In this document: piece after piece, positions 14,290-28,879 of the stretch | Layout: each line of letters begins with the position of its first letter | How positions within the stretch are numbered: position 1 is the first letter of the stretch | Assembly: GCA_951406725.2 (NCBI GenBank) | Contig: OX597825.1 | Location: 31,248,001 to 31,312,000 of the forward strand | Direction of reading: 5' to 3' | Length of the DNA stretch: 64,000 bases | DNA from: Octopus vulgaris | Taxonomy: Eukaryota | Position numbers and translations under genes: made by a program | Notes under the pieces: generated by a model | What the model saw: only the letters and a program-made list of their open reading frames with translations | What the model was told of the DNA's origin: nothing | Database searches by the model: none

Positions 14290-15185
14290 TGGCATAACAT
14301 GGATAGTTAAACTAGGGTGAACTAGACATTACAGTAGAGTGATATAGTGCGGATAGAGGAGTGATTTTGTGTGGGGAATAAAAGAGGGTGCACTATCTGT
14401 TACAATAGAATGTTATAGAGCGGGTAGTTGAATAGGGTGTATTGAAGATGGTAAGAGAATTATATAAGTGTGGATAATAAAACAGGGTGAGCAAAACATT
14501 AGAATAATATTCTGTGGGTAGTGAAACAGGGTGGATTGAACATTATAACTGAGGAAGGTAGAGTGGGAGATAAAATAGGGTGAACTTATAATTGCAATAA
14601 AGTTGTAAAGAGTAGAGTGAAATAGTGAGAAGGGAGTACAATGATAACGTGACTATGTGTAGGTATTAAAACAGGGTGGAGAGAAGAACATTACAATAAT
14701 GTATTGTGGGTAGTGAAACAGGGTGGATTGAACATTAAAATAATGTGCTATAGTGTAGGTAATAAAACAGGGTGCACAAAACATTACGATAAAGTGTTGT
14801 AGTGTGGGTAGCAAAACAGGGTGTATTGAAGATTGTAAGAGAATGGTGGTGTACTCGGAGAAGTGAAACAGGGTGGATTGTACACTGGAATAATGTACTG
14901 AAGGTAGTGAGTTAAGGTGGATAGATTCCAGTATTGTATTGAGGGTAGTGAAACAGGGTGGACTGAACATAAAAATAGTATATTGAAGATAGTGATATAG
15001 GATGGATTGATTACAATATTGTATTGTGGGTAGGGAAACAGGGTGGATTAAACATTAGAATGTGTTGTGGGTAGTGAAATGGGGTGTAATAAACATAAAA
15101 ATAATGTACTGAGGGTAGTTAAACTGGGTGGATTGATTACAATAGTGTACAAAGGGTAGTGGAACTAAGTATAGTGAACATTGTA
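14290..15185. repeat. Degenerate ~43-bp tandem repeat
   Basis: Recurring GTAGTGAAACAGGGTGGATTGAACATT..AATA.TGTA.TG motif, about 20 diverged units. Confidence 0.85.
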
Positions 15186-15895
15186 ACGGTGTCATGTTGA
15201 GAATATTCCTTTACAATTTCGTTTGAGGAAAAAGATATCAATCATGACCACTCCCAATCACCTTTTTACCTTTTTTCTGTAAAGCCTTAGAGAATGGTGG
15301 GTAATGGTGGGAGGAAATGAGTAGCATTATGTTTATTATTTACATTACAGGAGCAAACGAAATACCATATTGTATTTTGTCCAGCGCTCTACCAATTCCA
15401 CTCACCCACCAAAGATAGGTAAGGTTACCATCTTGAGTCCCACCGACTCATAAGGGCTGGTTTCCTGGTTTCTATGGCATAAAAATTCCCCACCTGGACA
15501 GGATGCCAGTCCATTGCAGGATTAATCATTCTTGCCAGCTGAGTGGCCAAGAGCATCATGAAATGAAGTGCTTTGCTCAAGAACACAATGTGTCGCCCAG
15601 TCCAGGAATCGAAACCACAATCTTACGATCATGAGTCCAACACCCTAACCACTAAGCCACACACCTCCATGAATGGTATTAACATAATTACCACCACTAC
15701 TACTATTCCTAAAATGGAAGACATCTTTGTCTCCTCTCGACCCACAAAAAATCATCATCGTTTAGTGTCCGCTTTCCATGCTGGCATGGGTTGGACGGTG
15801 CAACTGGTTTCTGGGAAGCTAGAAGGCTGCACCAGGCCCAGTCTGATCTGGCAATGTTTCTATGGCTGGATGCCCTTCCTAACACCAACCACTCT

Positions 15896-16170
15896 GTGAG
15901 TGTAGTGGGTGCTTTTTACCATGAGTGTAGAGGGTGCTTTTTACCATGAGTGTAGTGGGTGCTTTTTACCATGAGTGTAGTGGGTGCTTTTTACCATGAG
16001 TGTAGTGGGTGCTTTTTACCATGAGTGTAGTGGGTGCTTTTTACCATGAGTGTAGTGGGTGCTTTTTACCATGAGTGTAGTGGATGCTTTTTACCATGAG
16101 TGTAGTGGGTGCTTTTTACCATGAGTGTAGTGGGTGCTTTTTACCATGAGTGTAGAGGGTGCTTTTTACC
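15896..16170. repeat. 25-bp minisatellite, 11 near-perfect units
   Basis: Unit ATGAGTGTAGTGGGTGCTTTTTACC, contiguous with an RTE tail. Confidence 0.97.
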
Positions 16171-16913
16171 TAAAACAACAAACAAAATGTACAAGTGTGC
16201 TACAAGTCATTGAAGTCACACACTCTCATCAGTGAAGACTAAGCTTCTGTTTCTTTTCATTTCTGTAGCTACAAGTAAAAGATTACATAATTTATTTCCA
16301 TGCACTACTACTACTACTATCACCACTACAACAACAACAACTACTACTGTTACTACGTGTATTGCAGCTAGAAGAGAAAAACAGGTGATTTTGGTGGTTT
16401 ATTGGTATCATGCACTAGTGAAATGCAGAGTCAATTGTGTGATTTTCCTTGACTAAAGTCATGTTAACATTGGATGATCAGCTCTGTTGACTTTAAGGAA
16501 AGATAGGAAAAGGGGATTTGAGGGCATTGATGACGTTTTTCTAAGAGCCAGGAGCATTCTAAGTAAAGTGAAGTGAAATGAAGGTAAAGAACAAAGAGTG
16601 GTAAGCAGGAATTGAACCTGGGTCGCCAGCTTGGTTTGTTGCTAGATTTACCACTTACACTACAGGGCTTGTCACAATGCAACAAAAAAATAACTAGAGA
16701 AACTACTAAGACTACTACTACTACTACTACAACAACAACAACAACAACTACTGCTATTACTACTACTACTACTACAATATTATGTAAAACCGTTTACCGC
16801 ATATTTCAGGAATTCTTTTTTTTCCAAACTCCAATTTAAAATGATGGCATTTTTTCTGTTATCGATGCAAGTTTTCCCTGAAACTAGACAAAGAAATAAA
16901 ATGGTTGACCTAC

Positions 16914-17034
16914 CCAAAAGACACAGAGTATGCATCCCTTTCTCTCGGTTAGACGCTATTTTGTCATAAAAACTATCCGGTTGCCATGTATCAGTCCAAA
17001 AACAGATTGATACAGTCTCTCCAAACTTGTAGAG
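16914..17034 (-). CDS. DPH5: DPH5 coding exon 5
   Basis: tttcag|[40 protein letters not shown]+G|gtaggt; 121 nt, phase 0 to 1; conserved [10 protein letters not shown] and GMHTLCLL. Confidence 0.97.
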
Positions 17035-19237
17035 CTGAAACAAAACACACAGGACAATATTTAAATATTCGATAGCAATTCCAATGGCCAAACCAGTTCA
17101 AAAATTCATCACACGTGGAAAAATTTTGAATTCAAAAAATTGAAATACAATCAAACAAAAGAATATTTAGAAATGAATTTATCTTGGGCATAAATTTCAT
17201 AATAAACTGGGAATGAGAAAGCTGCAAATCAATCATCATTATAGCTTTTGGTTTATAGACCAGTGGGAGGGTCATCTTGCCAAGAATATTCATACACTGG
17301 TTACAGACATACTTCTTTTTTGTTTGTCCTTATGTTCCAGATCAATGAAAATACACACACTGGTTATGGTCTTCTTTATATTTTACTGTTTAAATAGCAC
17401 AAAATAAAGAACTGCCATCAGTACATGTATTTTTCTTAGCAAGATGACCCTGCCATAAGTCACTAACTTAAAAATCATAACGATCATAGTGTCAATACGC
17501 ATTCAATAAATATTCTGATGGCCAAAGCAGTTCAAAATTCATCACATGTGAGAAAAAGTGACAAATCAAACTTACAAATCCAATAATTATTTCAACTGAA
17601 AATTAATCATTAAATTCAAATTATTTCTTTCCTGACTATGAAAATTTGAATAGCTCCATTATATCTTAGTAGTTGACAGTGACAACGGCCAAATGAACAA
17701 GACAGTGGAAATCCATCCCAGAAGTCAACAGTTTTTATCCTGTCATAGGCAAGATGATAGCGCTGTGTCAGTAATTCTGTTTGGCTCAGACCACATAGCT
17801 GTAAACAGGTACTAAGTTCAATTACTCATATGAGATATTATTGAGTTCCAGGAAAACACAAACCATCTTGCTCATAGGCCAGAAAATCATTATGGATGTT
17901 CCACGAGCCTCCTGAAGCCAGACTTGGCTTGATGCTTCCATCCATCTATTTTGGTAATGTATACATTTCATCAAACATAAGAATCATAATATATCTTATA
18001 CATGTTAACAATTATCATCATCATCATTTTCATTGTTTCAGCCTCCACTTATCCATTCTTGCATGGCTCAGATGGAACTTGTTTAAAGCAGATTTTCTAC
18101 AGCTGGATGCCCTTCTTGTCACCAAACCTCACCTGTTTTCAAGCAAGATAATATTTCCCCATGACCAGATACACCTTCATGAAAGATATAAAATGAACAA
18201 CACTGCTTGTACGACAGTAACACTCATTTACAACCATCATGTGATGTTAAGACAAAAAAACACAACAGATAGAGGCTGAATAAAAAACTTTTGGATGTTA
18301 ATAAATCTCCATTCTCCTCTTGGTTTTCAATAGATATATATATACATATATAACCACTCCTAACCCTTGTTCTACATTACATCTCCACTCAAACCCTCTC
18401 TCACACACCTATACACTTCAGTCTTGTTCTTCAGTCCCCCACTCACTTCCATCTACCTTCTTACACCTTCAGAGTCCACCCTGACATATCATTACAACTA
18501 CTTTCCCTTTCTATCTCCACCCTGGTTGCACTCGCCCACTCAAGTACAATGTGAATAGCCATGAAGCTTCTCTAAAGCAAGAAACCCTTTCTATTCTGGC
18601 CCCTTCTCTGATACTTCAACCATTTCTCTTCTAACACAGCTCCACCTCCTTTTCCACTACAGCCCCACTCAGTAGAAGGAGATCATAGCTTTGTCATCTG
18701 CAGGGCAACCTCACTAATACTGGTTCCATGAAAAAGTAGCCAGTACATTCTGTAATGTGGTAGGCATTAGGAAGGACATCCAGCCATTGGTAAGTGGTAA
18801 AGTTACCTTCATGAGTCACACCAACCTGTATAGTTGGTCTCTAGGTTTCATGGTATATATATTCCCCACTTGGACAGGATGCTGGTCTGTCGCGGGATCA
18901 TTCAATTTTACCAACAGAGTTAGCTGGAGCAACATGAAATGAAGTGTTTCGCTCAAGAACACAATGCATCAACCGGTCCAGGAATCAAAACCACAATCTT
19001 ATGATCATGAGTCCAACGCCCTAACCACTAAGCCATGCACCTCCACATCCAGACATAGAAACAGACATTGGCATACAATGCACCCAGAATGGAAGACAGA
19101 CTGTGACAGATAATAATAATAGATATATATATATATATATATATACATCATCATCATCATCATCATCTTTTAACGTCTGTTCTCGATGCTAGCATGGGTT
19201 GGACGATGACATATATATATATATATATGTACGTATG

Positions 19238-19375
<138 letters not shown>

Positions 19376-19444
19376 TATACATATATATCGCGTCGTTTCG
19401 TTTCTTTTCTTTTCTCCAAGTAAGTTTTTATATATAATTATGAC

Positions 19445-20107
19445 GTGAAACTCTGTAACCCCTTGCTTGACCTTTCCTTCCTTCCTGTCTGTCTTCCTCT
19501 TTGCCTGTCTCTCTCCTTCTTATTTTTCACCCTTTCTGGTTTCCTTTCCTCTCTATCTCTCTCTCTCTCTCTCTCACTCCTCCTCATCTCTCTCACTCCT
19601 CCTCATCTCTCTCACTGCCGAGTCAACCAGCTTCCTTTCGCCCGCAGCCTTCTACAGGTCAACACAACTTATTTCTTGCGCTCTGAATTTTTCCATCGTC
19701 TAGGCTTAAAAAAAGGCCCTCAATGTTGGTTTCCTTATCCTGTTTTTATTCTTTATGTGTACTGTATTCTTTTGTATTTGTATTCGTATTTTTATTTGTA
19801 TTTTTATTTGTATTGCTTTTACGTCCTGTTTTTGTCACATTTTTTTCTTCCCTTGTTTTTACCCCTCTGCAAAGGAATTTTATTTAATTCTTTTGCAGGA
19901 AGGACTGGTTTGACAGGTCGTGTTCTGTCCTTACCTTCGAAACATGCATGGAGTCGAACCAGAGACAGCTGATGAAGGGGAATATTCTTTGTATTGTTTG
20001 TCTTGTACTCTGTTTTTTCGTTGTTAAAAAAAAGTCCGTTTCCATGTTTGTTTTTATGTTTTCGTTTCTCGTTGAGTTCTACGTCTATTTGTGGTGTCAT
20101 GTACTCA
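19445..20107. mobile_element. Microsatellite-flanked element, probably a Penelope-like terminal repeat
   Basis: Flanked by (TA)n; pyrimidine-rich body; CTGATGAAG and CGAAAC motifs; related by similarity of layout to the 53295-53875 elements. Confidence 0.4.
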
Positions 20108-20192
20108 TATATATATATGTATGTATGTATATATACATGTAGATGTAGGTACGTACATATATGTATGTATGCATATATTTTATTTATTAATT

Positions 20193-20238
<46 letters not shown>

Positions 20239-20744
20239 CAGACAGACATATGGGCTTACATAAAATTTACACCTTTCAAATTCACTGACAAGGTATTGGT
20301 TGGCCTGAGGTGATGGTAGAAGACACTTGCCCAAGGTAGTGCTGTGCTGTGGGAATGAACCCAAAATCATATGGTTGTGAAGCAATTTTCTTAACCTCAC
20401 AGCCATATTTGCACCTATTTTCATTAGCTAGATGAACTATGTGAATTAATTGAAAATATGAATTAATTGAAAAGTTTTCGGAGAAAAGAGCAGCTGAGAG
20501 AAGGTGAAGCAGTGTGTGCACACAAACATCAACAAGTTAACATGCAAAAGTAACCAAATCACTAATTGAAGGAACAACCACTCACATGCACATAATTAAA
20601 GTGCACTGAATTCATTTAACTTTCAAAGTAATCAATATTAAATGTTCAACACTTATTTTGTGCAATTAACTATTAAGGCTTTATTTTCATATACACGTGT
20701 ACAAACATATATATATACATACATATATATATATAATATATATA

Positions 20745-20905
20745 GGCACAGGAGTGGCTGTGTTGTAAGTAGCTTGCTTACCAACCACATGGTTCTGGGT
20801 TCAGTCCCACTGCGTGGCATCTTGGGCAAGTGTCTTCTACTATAGCCCCGGGCCGACCAATGCCTTGTGAGTGGATTTGGTGGACGGAAACTGAAAGAAG
20901 CCTGT

Positions 20906-20952
<47 letters not shown>

Positions 20953-21151
20953 GTTTGTCCTCCTAGCATTGCTTGACAACCAATGCTGGTGTGTTTACGT
21001 CCCCGTCACTTAGCGGTTCGGCAAAACAGACCGAGAGAATAAGTACTGGGCTTACAAAGAATACGTCCCGGGGTCGATTTGCTCGACTAAAGGCGGTGCT
21101 CCAGCATGGCCGCAGTCAAATGACTGAAACAAGTAAAAGAGTAAAAGAGTA
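20745..21151 (+). mobile_element. Full-length CORE-like SINE
   Basis: Same family as 13501-13953, inserted in a (TA)n tract. Further plus-strand copies at ~41794-42200 and 50984-51243. Confidence 0.9.
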
Positions 21152-21656
21152 TATGTATGAGAGAGAGAGAGAGATTTTAAATGTCATTAGTGCAGGATAT
21201 CATTAAGTTGTTACTGTATATATTGAAGATTCAGCTTCCAGCAAGTGTGTGTGTGTGTATATGTGTGTGTGTGTATGTGTGTGTGTTTGACATGTGTGTG
21301 TTTGACATGTGTGTGTTTGACGTGTGTGTGATTGTAAACAAATGGAAACAAAAGAGAACTCAATACATGGTGCCCAACTGCATCTTCAGTTATATTCACA
21401 TTGCTATACTCTACTCTTTTACTTGTTTCAGTCATTTCACTGCAGCCACGCTGGAGCACCACCATTAGTCGAGCAAATCAACCCCAGGACTTATTCTTTG
21501 TAAGCCTAGTACTTATTCTATCGGTCTCTTTTGCCAAACCACTAAGTTACAGAGATGCAAACACACCACCATCGGTTGTCAAGCGATGTTGGGGGGGACA
21601 AACACAGACACACAAACATATACACACACATACATCATCATCATCATCATCATCAT

Positions 21657-21690
<34 letters not shown>

Positions 21691-22601
21691 ATACGATGGG
21701 CTTCTTTCAGTTTCCGTCTACCAAATCCATTCACAAGGCTTTGGTCAGCTCGAGGCTATAGTAGAAGACATTTGCCCAAGGTGCCATGAATGAACCCGGA
21801 ACCATGTGGTTGGTAAGCAAGCTACTTACAACATAGCCACTCCTGCACCTATATAGATTTAAGCCTCAAATATATCCACACACACTCAAAATGTCTCTTT
21901 CATATATTATTTGCTGTTTTGTGCTTAAAACAAATATTTATTTCTAATAGGAATTTGCTTTATGCATGTATATATATGTGCATATGTATATGTATGTATG
22001 CATTGTGTGTGTGTGGCTAGAAAGATATAGAGAATTTTCGTGAATGAGTGTTGAGATTTTGGGTGGTGAATAGCTGCCTCATCAGGGCCTCCAAAAATAG
22101 TGAAAGGAAGGGAGGAAAAGATTCATAATAAGCTGAACTCCATTAAAGGCCAGGAGGAGGAGGAGGAGGAGTTGTTGGTGGTGGTTTCAAGCCAGGCTAT
22201 GTATTAAGTCTAACCTACGAGTCTAGAACATTTACCCCACCCCATGGACAATAACCCTCCCCCACCAAGAACAATTACACCTGAAGACAACAGATAATGA
22301 TTTAAAACTTCTTAATATATTGGAAAGTGGGTAATTAACCAAGATGAGTAACTGTCCTAGTGTGGTAATTGCCTTGATACACTAACACACAAAAACTTGT
22401 GCCACAAAAACAAAAAGAGCAATTTGTACTTTCTGTAAAGTGGTTGATATGAGGGAAAGGTACCCAGCCATTGGAACCATGAAACAAGACAATCTCCTCA
22501 GATCTATCTTACCCAGATCAGCATGTGAAACAGACATTAAATGATAATGATGATTATATAAATTAACTATTAAGGCTTTATTTTCATATACACATGTATA
22601 G

Positions 22602-22651
<50 letters not shown>

Positions 22652-22725
22652 AAGATTTTAAATGTCATTAGTGCAGGATATCATTAAGTTGTTACTGTAT
22701 ATATTGAAGCTTCAGCTTCCAGCAA

Positions 22726-22764
<39 letters not shown>

Positions 22765-23119
22765 TGTGTGTTTGACATGTGTGTGTTTGACATGTGTATG
22801 TTTGACATGTGTGTGATTGTAAACAAATGGAAACAAAAGAGAACTCAATACATGGTGCCCAACTGCATCTTCAGTTATATTCACATACATTGCTATACTC
22901 TACTCTTTTACTTGTTTCAATCATTTCACTGCAGCCACGCTGGAGCACCACCATTAGTCGATCAAATCGACCCCAGGACTTATTCTTTGTAAGCCTTGTA
23001 CTTATTCTATTGGTCTTTTTTGCCAAACCACTAAGTTACAGAGATGCAAACACACCACCATCGGTTGTCAAGCGATGTTGAGGGTACAAAAACAGACACA
23101 CAAACATATACGCATACAT

Positions 23120-23899
23120 TATTCTTAATGCATGTTTTGAAGAGTGGAGTTTGATTTTAACAATTATTTTTCAAAGCTATAATCTAAATGACAAAGGAGT
23201 GTATTCGGCATATATTGCCCTATGAGTTCAATAAAGGCAACAATGCAACAGAAAGTGTGAGGAATATTAATGCAGTATATGGGATTTGAGCAATAAGTAT
23301 AAGCCAGTATCAACAGTGGTTCCAGAAATTCCAAGCTGGAAACTACAACCCAGAAGATGAGCCTCATCCTGGAAGATCTGTAGAGCTCAACAAGGATGTC
23401 CTGCAAACCCTGGTGGAACAAAATCCCATTGTAACTGTTGAAGAACTAACAGAGAAGCTTGGATTTGGTCATTCAACCATTCATCGACATCTGTGTGCCA
23501 ACAGAAAATTCAACAAATTGGGCCAATGGGTTCCTCACAAACATTCTGAGTCTAGTTGCGCACAGAGAGTGAATGTATGCTCCTCTTTGCTGTCATGCCT
23601 CAATTATTAACCATTTTTGGACTGAATAGTGACTGATGACAAGAAATGGGTTCTCTATAAAAATGTTAAGTGCCAAAGATAGTGGGTAGGGAAAGGAGAA
23701 ACACTGGCATCCCAGGCTAAAGGTCTTCACCCAAGTAAGGTGTCACCTGTTTACTGGAATATGAAAGGTTTAGTCCACTTTAAAATTTTAAACCCAAACC
23801 AAATGATAGAAGGAGAGTATATTTTAAATTAGAAAATCTTTATCAAAATTTAGAGAAAAATTTTATTAAAAAATGCATTATTTATGGGATGACCCAATA
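23120..23899 (+). mobile_element. Second copy of the same mariner family (left TIR missing)
   Basis: Aligns with the 41095-41400 region; LGQWVPHK and VTDDKKW (WVPH, TGDEKW motifs); right TIR ends GGGATGACCCAATA at 23899. Confidence 0.85.
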
Positions 23900-24146
23900 T
23901 AAATAAATATATATATATATTTACAAATAAGGATAATATCAATATTTTAAATATCGGTATTATCAAGTGGTCAGCATGGGAATAAATACCATAGAAAGGT
24001 AATAATTTTTTGCTAGTCTATTTTGTCCCTTGGTCTTATCTCATGGTGCGATATGAACATTTATGGTGGTTCTTAGAGTCAGGGATTTGACTGCTATTTC
24101 GGCATGGTGGTGTCTCTCAGAAACCCTTATTTTTAGTTATTTTTAG

Positions 24147-24178
<32 letters not shown>

Positions 24179-25839
24179 GATCAATACCAAAAGGTACAAG
24201 GTATTTGATGCTCTAACACTTATGCCAAATCAAAACCCTGTGATTGGTATTTTATTATATTGTGTCTCAAAGGATGAAAGGCAAAGCTGACCTCAGTGAG
24301 GAAGAATAAATACCACAAGTTATTTTGTCCCATACTCAGACAACTCTGAGTATGAAAAAATAAATCCGTATGTAAAATACACCTCAGGGATGCTCGTTAC
24401 ATGCAGAACAAATAGCAAATTGAACACAAACATATTTGAGGAGAGGAGTGGATAAATTTCAATTGATTAATATTTAATATTTCATTTTTCTGTTTGACTT
24501 GCAAGATTATTAATAAGAAATCATGTGTTGAAACTGATTTTGGGAGGGTCATTATACCAATGATAAACACATGTACTGGTTATATTTCTCTTGTTTTATT
24601 TGTTTTGTTTTTATTATTATTAACCAATCTGTTAGCATGCTAGACAAAATTCTTAGTGGTATTTTGTCCCTCTTTACAGTCAGAGTTCAAATTCTGCTGA
24701 GGTCAACTTTGCCTTTCATCCTTTTAGGGTCAATAACATAAGTGCCAGTTGCATACTGGGGTCCATGTAATTGACTAGTTCCCTTCCCAGAAATTTCAGA
24801 TCTTGTACCAGTAATAGGAAGGATTATTAGCCTATTTCTTGACATTTGACTAATTAATCATTTGTTTATTAATAACATGCTGACACTCCTGAGATACAAC
24901 AAAAGCAGTACATTTAATGCTAAAGAAAATACACTGCAGGGATTGAGTGTTATCTTTAACATTTTGGTAGAACTCACAAAACATCTGCATTATCCTGTGA
25001 CCAGAATGAAAACACAAGGATAAGGAAACAACATTCCCAATGAATGACACAGATCATTAACATCATCATCATCGTTTAGCGTCCGCTTTCCATGCTGGCA
25101 TGGGTTGGACGGTGCAACTGGGGTCTGGGAAGCCAGGAGGCTGCACCAGGCTCCAGTCTGATCTGGCAATGTTTCTACAGCTGGATGCCCTTCTTAACGC
25201 CAACAACTCCATGAGTGTAGCGGGTGCTTTTTACGTGCCACCGGCACAGGTGCCAGGCGAGGCTGGCAAACAGCCACGATCGGATGGTGCTTTTTACATG
25301 CCACTGGCACGGAGGCCAGGCGAGGCTGGCAAACGGCCACAAACAGATGGTGCCTTTTACGTGCCACCGGCACAGAAGCCAGTCGGGGCGGCGCTGGCAA
25401 TGGCCACGTTCGTATTTTTATATAAAAAGTTCAATCTGCAATGACTTCATTCTTGGTTCAATCCAAACGTGTGGCATCTTGGGCAAGTACCTACTATATA
25501 GGCACTTGAGTGGCCTTAAGTCAGCACTATAAAAACAACAACCATCTTTGGTTTCAAGATGAAAGGTTTTCTTCCATCAGGATAATGCTCAGCCACACAC
25601 AGTGAAGATAACATAGTCTCGAGTTGACCTAAGTGCAATGAGTGAAATTAGATGTGTGCAAACAGTGTGGAAGCCCATTGAATGGGTAGTAGATGTAAGT
25701 TAAAGGGTCGCTCTGTTCCTTTAGTTCTGTTTGTGAATTATTTCAAGAGGACATGAATCTGTGAAATACTAAACCACTTATGTGTGCTAATTCAAAGACA
25801 AGATATTTCAATCTTAATCTCTCTCTCTCTCTCAATCTG

Positions 25840-25880
<41 letters not shown>

Positions 25881-26059
25881 ATATATATATATATATGGAT
25901 ATCTTATCGTGTCTCTGCTTTTCTATCAGTGTTTGTGGATTAGAAAATAAATTATTATCTTATTTGTATCTCACAATGCATATTTCAGTGCTTTTAAGGC
26001 AAACATTGGTTTGCTTACATTTATTGTAATATATATATATATATATATAAAATATAAAT

Positions 26060-26306
26060 GCGCCCTTTTAAAGCCTAGTCAGGCTCATGGGCCCGGTTTC
26101 CTGGTTTCTATGGTGCATGTGTTCCCTAGCTAGATGGGATGCCAGTCCATCGCAGCGTTACTCATTTTTGCCAGCTGAGTGGACTGGAGCAACATGAAAT
26201 GAAGTGTTTTGCTCAAGAACACAACGCGTCGCCCGGTGCAGGAATCGAAACCACAATCTTACGATCATGATGGTGAAACCCTAACCACTAAGCCATGCAC
26301 CTCCAC
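26060..26306 (-). mobile_element. Second tRNA-derived SINE family
   Basis: Minus strand GTGGAGGTGCATGGCTTAGTGGTTAGGG..GGTTTCGATTCC..TTGAGCAAAACACTTCATTTC. Other copies at ~15430-15670 and 18800-19045 (minus) and 52125-52300 (plus). Confidence 0.8.
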
Positions 26307-27604
26307 ACACACACATGTAAATGTGCACCCTTATCTTGACATCACATGATGGTTGCAAATGAGCAGCAATGTCATAGAAACAATGTTGCTTTTTCCCAGT
26401 CTTTTGTTTAAAACTTATTATTGGGCCATGAGGGGGGAAATACTACCTTGCTTGGAAACGGTGGGGATTGGTGACAAGAAAGGCACCTGACTCTAGAAAA
26501 TATCCCTCAGAAAATTCCCTTTGACCCATGAAAGCAGTGGACATTAAATGATGAGAAGGAGAGCAATAGGAAGAATAACTTAATATGAATAAAAATGGAT
26601 CCTCATAAGTTTCAACTATTCCAGGTATCTAAGTGAACTACCTGCTCATTGAATTAGCATGTAAGTGGCTGAATATTCCACAGACATATACCCTTAAAAT
26701 AGTTCTCAAGCAGAATCAATATGATGAAATCATTCTCAATGGGGTATTAAACATATGAAGCTGTTCATTATCATTATTAAAGCTAATTAACCTTTGGAAT
26801 GTTAATCAGTGAAATTAGTCATGACTCGGCCATGGAGTAGAATAACTCCAATGTGCAACAGACACTGGTTTCATTTTGACAAAGCTGAAAATTTAGAAAG
26901 TGGGAAACATTTAAAAGTTTGCTGGGTGCATCTAACTTGGTTGATGAAGGTATCTCTATTCATGCATCTGTTTTATTTTATTTGGTTCTGTAAACTTGAA
27001 ACTTATGCATATCTTTAAAGAACTTAATTTTGATTTAACTTTGACAATAATAAAAGATAAATGCAATTGTTTGCATGCTGCTGCTCTGGTGAGTAGATAT
27101 ATATACAACAAAATAATATTTATATATATACACAATAAAATCATATATACATAACAAAATGATATATATATACACAACAAAAGTAAATACATACAATCAA
27201 ATAATATATATACAACAAAGTGATAAATATACAACAAAATGATATAAACAAAAGATGTTTAGAAAAAAGAACAGAATAAAAAAACTTTACACATATACAA
27301 TATAGAATATTTAACTTCAGTTAGATTTGAACCTTCATCCTCTGTCTTATAATTAAAGATAAAATAATTACCTCTACCTCAGAACAAATATAGATAAGGA
27401 ATCAACTATGGTACCTTGCTACCTGAACAAGAACAGATATCAAAGAAACTGATACAATAATAATGTCTGTGCATGTATGAGGGGAATGTTCCATAGACAA
27501 AGGAAGATGATGTATTGGTTCATCAAGGTAGATACAAATATGAATTTTGAGACCAAAGTTAGATATGAAGATAAGACATGGAACACTGTTAATAGGGGCA
27601 AGAG

Positions 27605-27870
27605 ATTTTTTTTTAATTTAATTTTAATTTAATTTTAATTTTTAATTTAATTTTTATTGGCTCAAAAAGCAAAAGCAAGGCCATGCAGGGGGACATGGAG
27701 CCATGCACAGGGAGGATGGTCATACAAAGAGCCCAGGCCATTTCCGGTCAAGAGAGACTTTGAATCGAGCGGTCGTCGGTATCTTCACTATCCCGTCTGG
27801 CAGCCCACTCCACGGATCCGCAACCCGGACAGAGAAAGCCCTTCTCCTTCGATTGATGCCTTGAGGCACA
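27605..27870 (-). mobile_element. 3' end fragment of a second CR1-like LINE family
   Basis: Minus strand reads RRRRAFSVRVADPWSGLPDGIVKIPTTARFKVSLDRKWPGLFV* (CR1 C-terminal FS.RV..W..LP...FK..LD pattern), then a short UTR, AATAAA and an (AATTA)n-like tail. Confidence 0.75.
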
Positions 27871-28879
27871 GAATACACTGCTCAGCTTGAAAGTTGTTTG
27901 CTGTTCTGGAATGTCAGTAGCACCAATCATATCTACCCACAGCCATAGTCTCCAGTTCATATGGCTGGAGTTTGGCCCACTTCAGGTTGGGCCTGAGATT
28001 TTCCTTAGACAGGTTGATCAATCAGATGTCATCTGCTCTCAGCAGGTTGAATATCAAGGATCTCCATCTAACCATGATTTACTATGAGTGCAGTTATAAA
28101 TATGGTGGGGTCTCAATCCCTTTGACAGAGGCTCACCACAAGTCTGTATTCCATCCAGAGATTATCTTTGAAAGACCATACATCTTGCTGTCATCTGAGT
28201 CACAGACCAGATTGGACTCTTTTTGCTTCATCTACCATTTCAGTCTTCATCCTTATACAGGTACATCAAATTTTCAGGTATTCTTGGTTCCAAAACTTTG
28301 AATAACCGATTTGCCAAACTATCTGCAATCATATAACAATAATTTGTCAATACACCTCTAGCCTATTAATTATAAATCTCCCATGTATCTAAAGTACCAT
28401 GAACTGCTAGAAACTTAAATCAGCCCTTTAGAATTAAAGCCAGCCATATATGGCCCAAAATATTCCACCTGTTTTATGTTAAAACTGGCCAAACCTGGCC
28501 TCTCAAACCTACCTGGCAACATCATTCTGAAAATAACCAATCACATCATTGAAATCTCAAAAGCTACAAGATAATGCATGATTAATTCAAAACAATGTGA
28601 ATAAATAAGCATTACATTTGACAGTATAATCTGAATGCTAAAGGGTTAAATAAATATGGATTGCTATTTACATCTAATGCCATCACTTCTACTCTCCGTA
28701 AATAATCCCAATAAACACACGGTACACAGAACACCACCTAGTGGTTGAGTAATGAATTACAGGAATTTCAATTTCCTCCTTTTAATGTATCCAGGTTAAA
28801 GAAGGTGCTAGATCATCAGGTGTCAGAAAATTGGTGATGAATCTGTATTTCTTCTCCAAGCAATAGAAGTCACCCAAAG

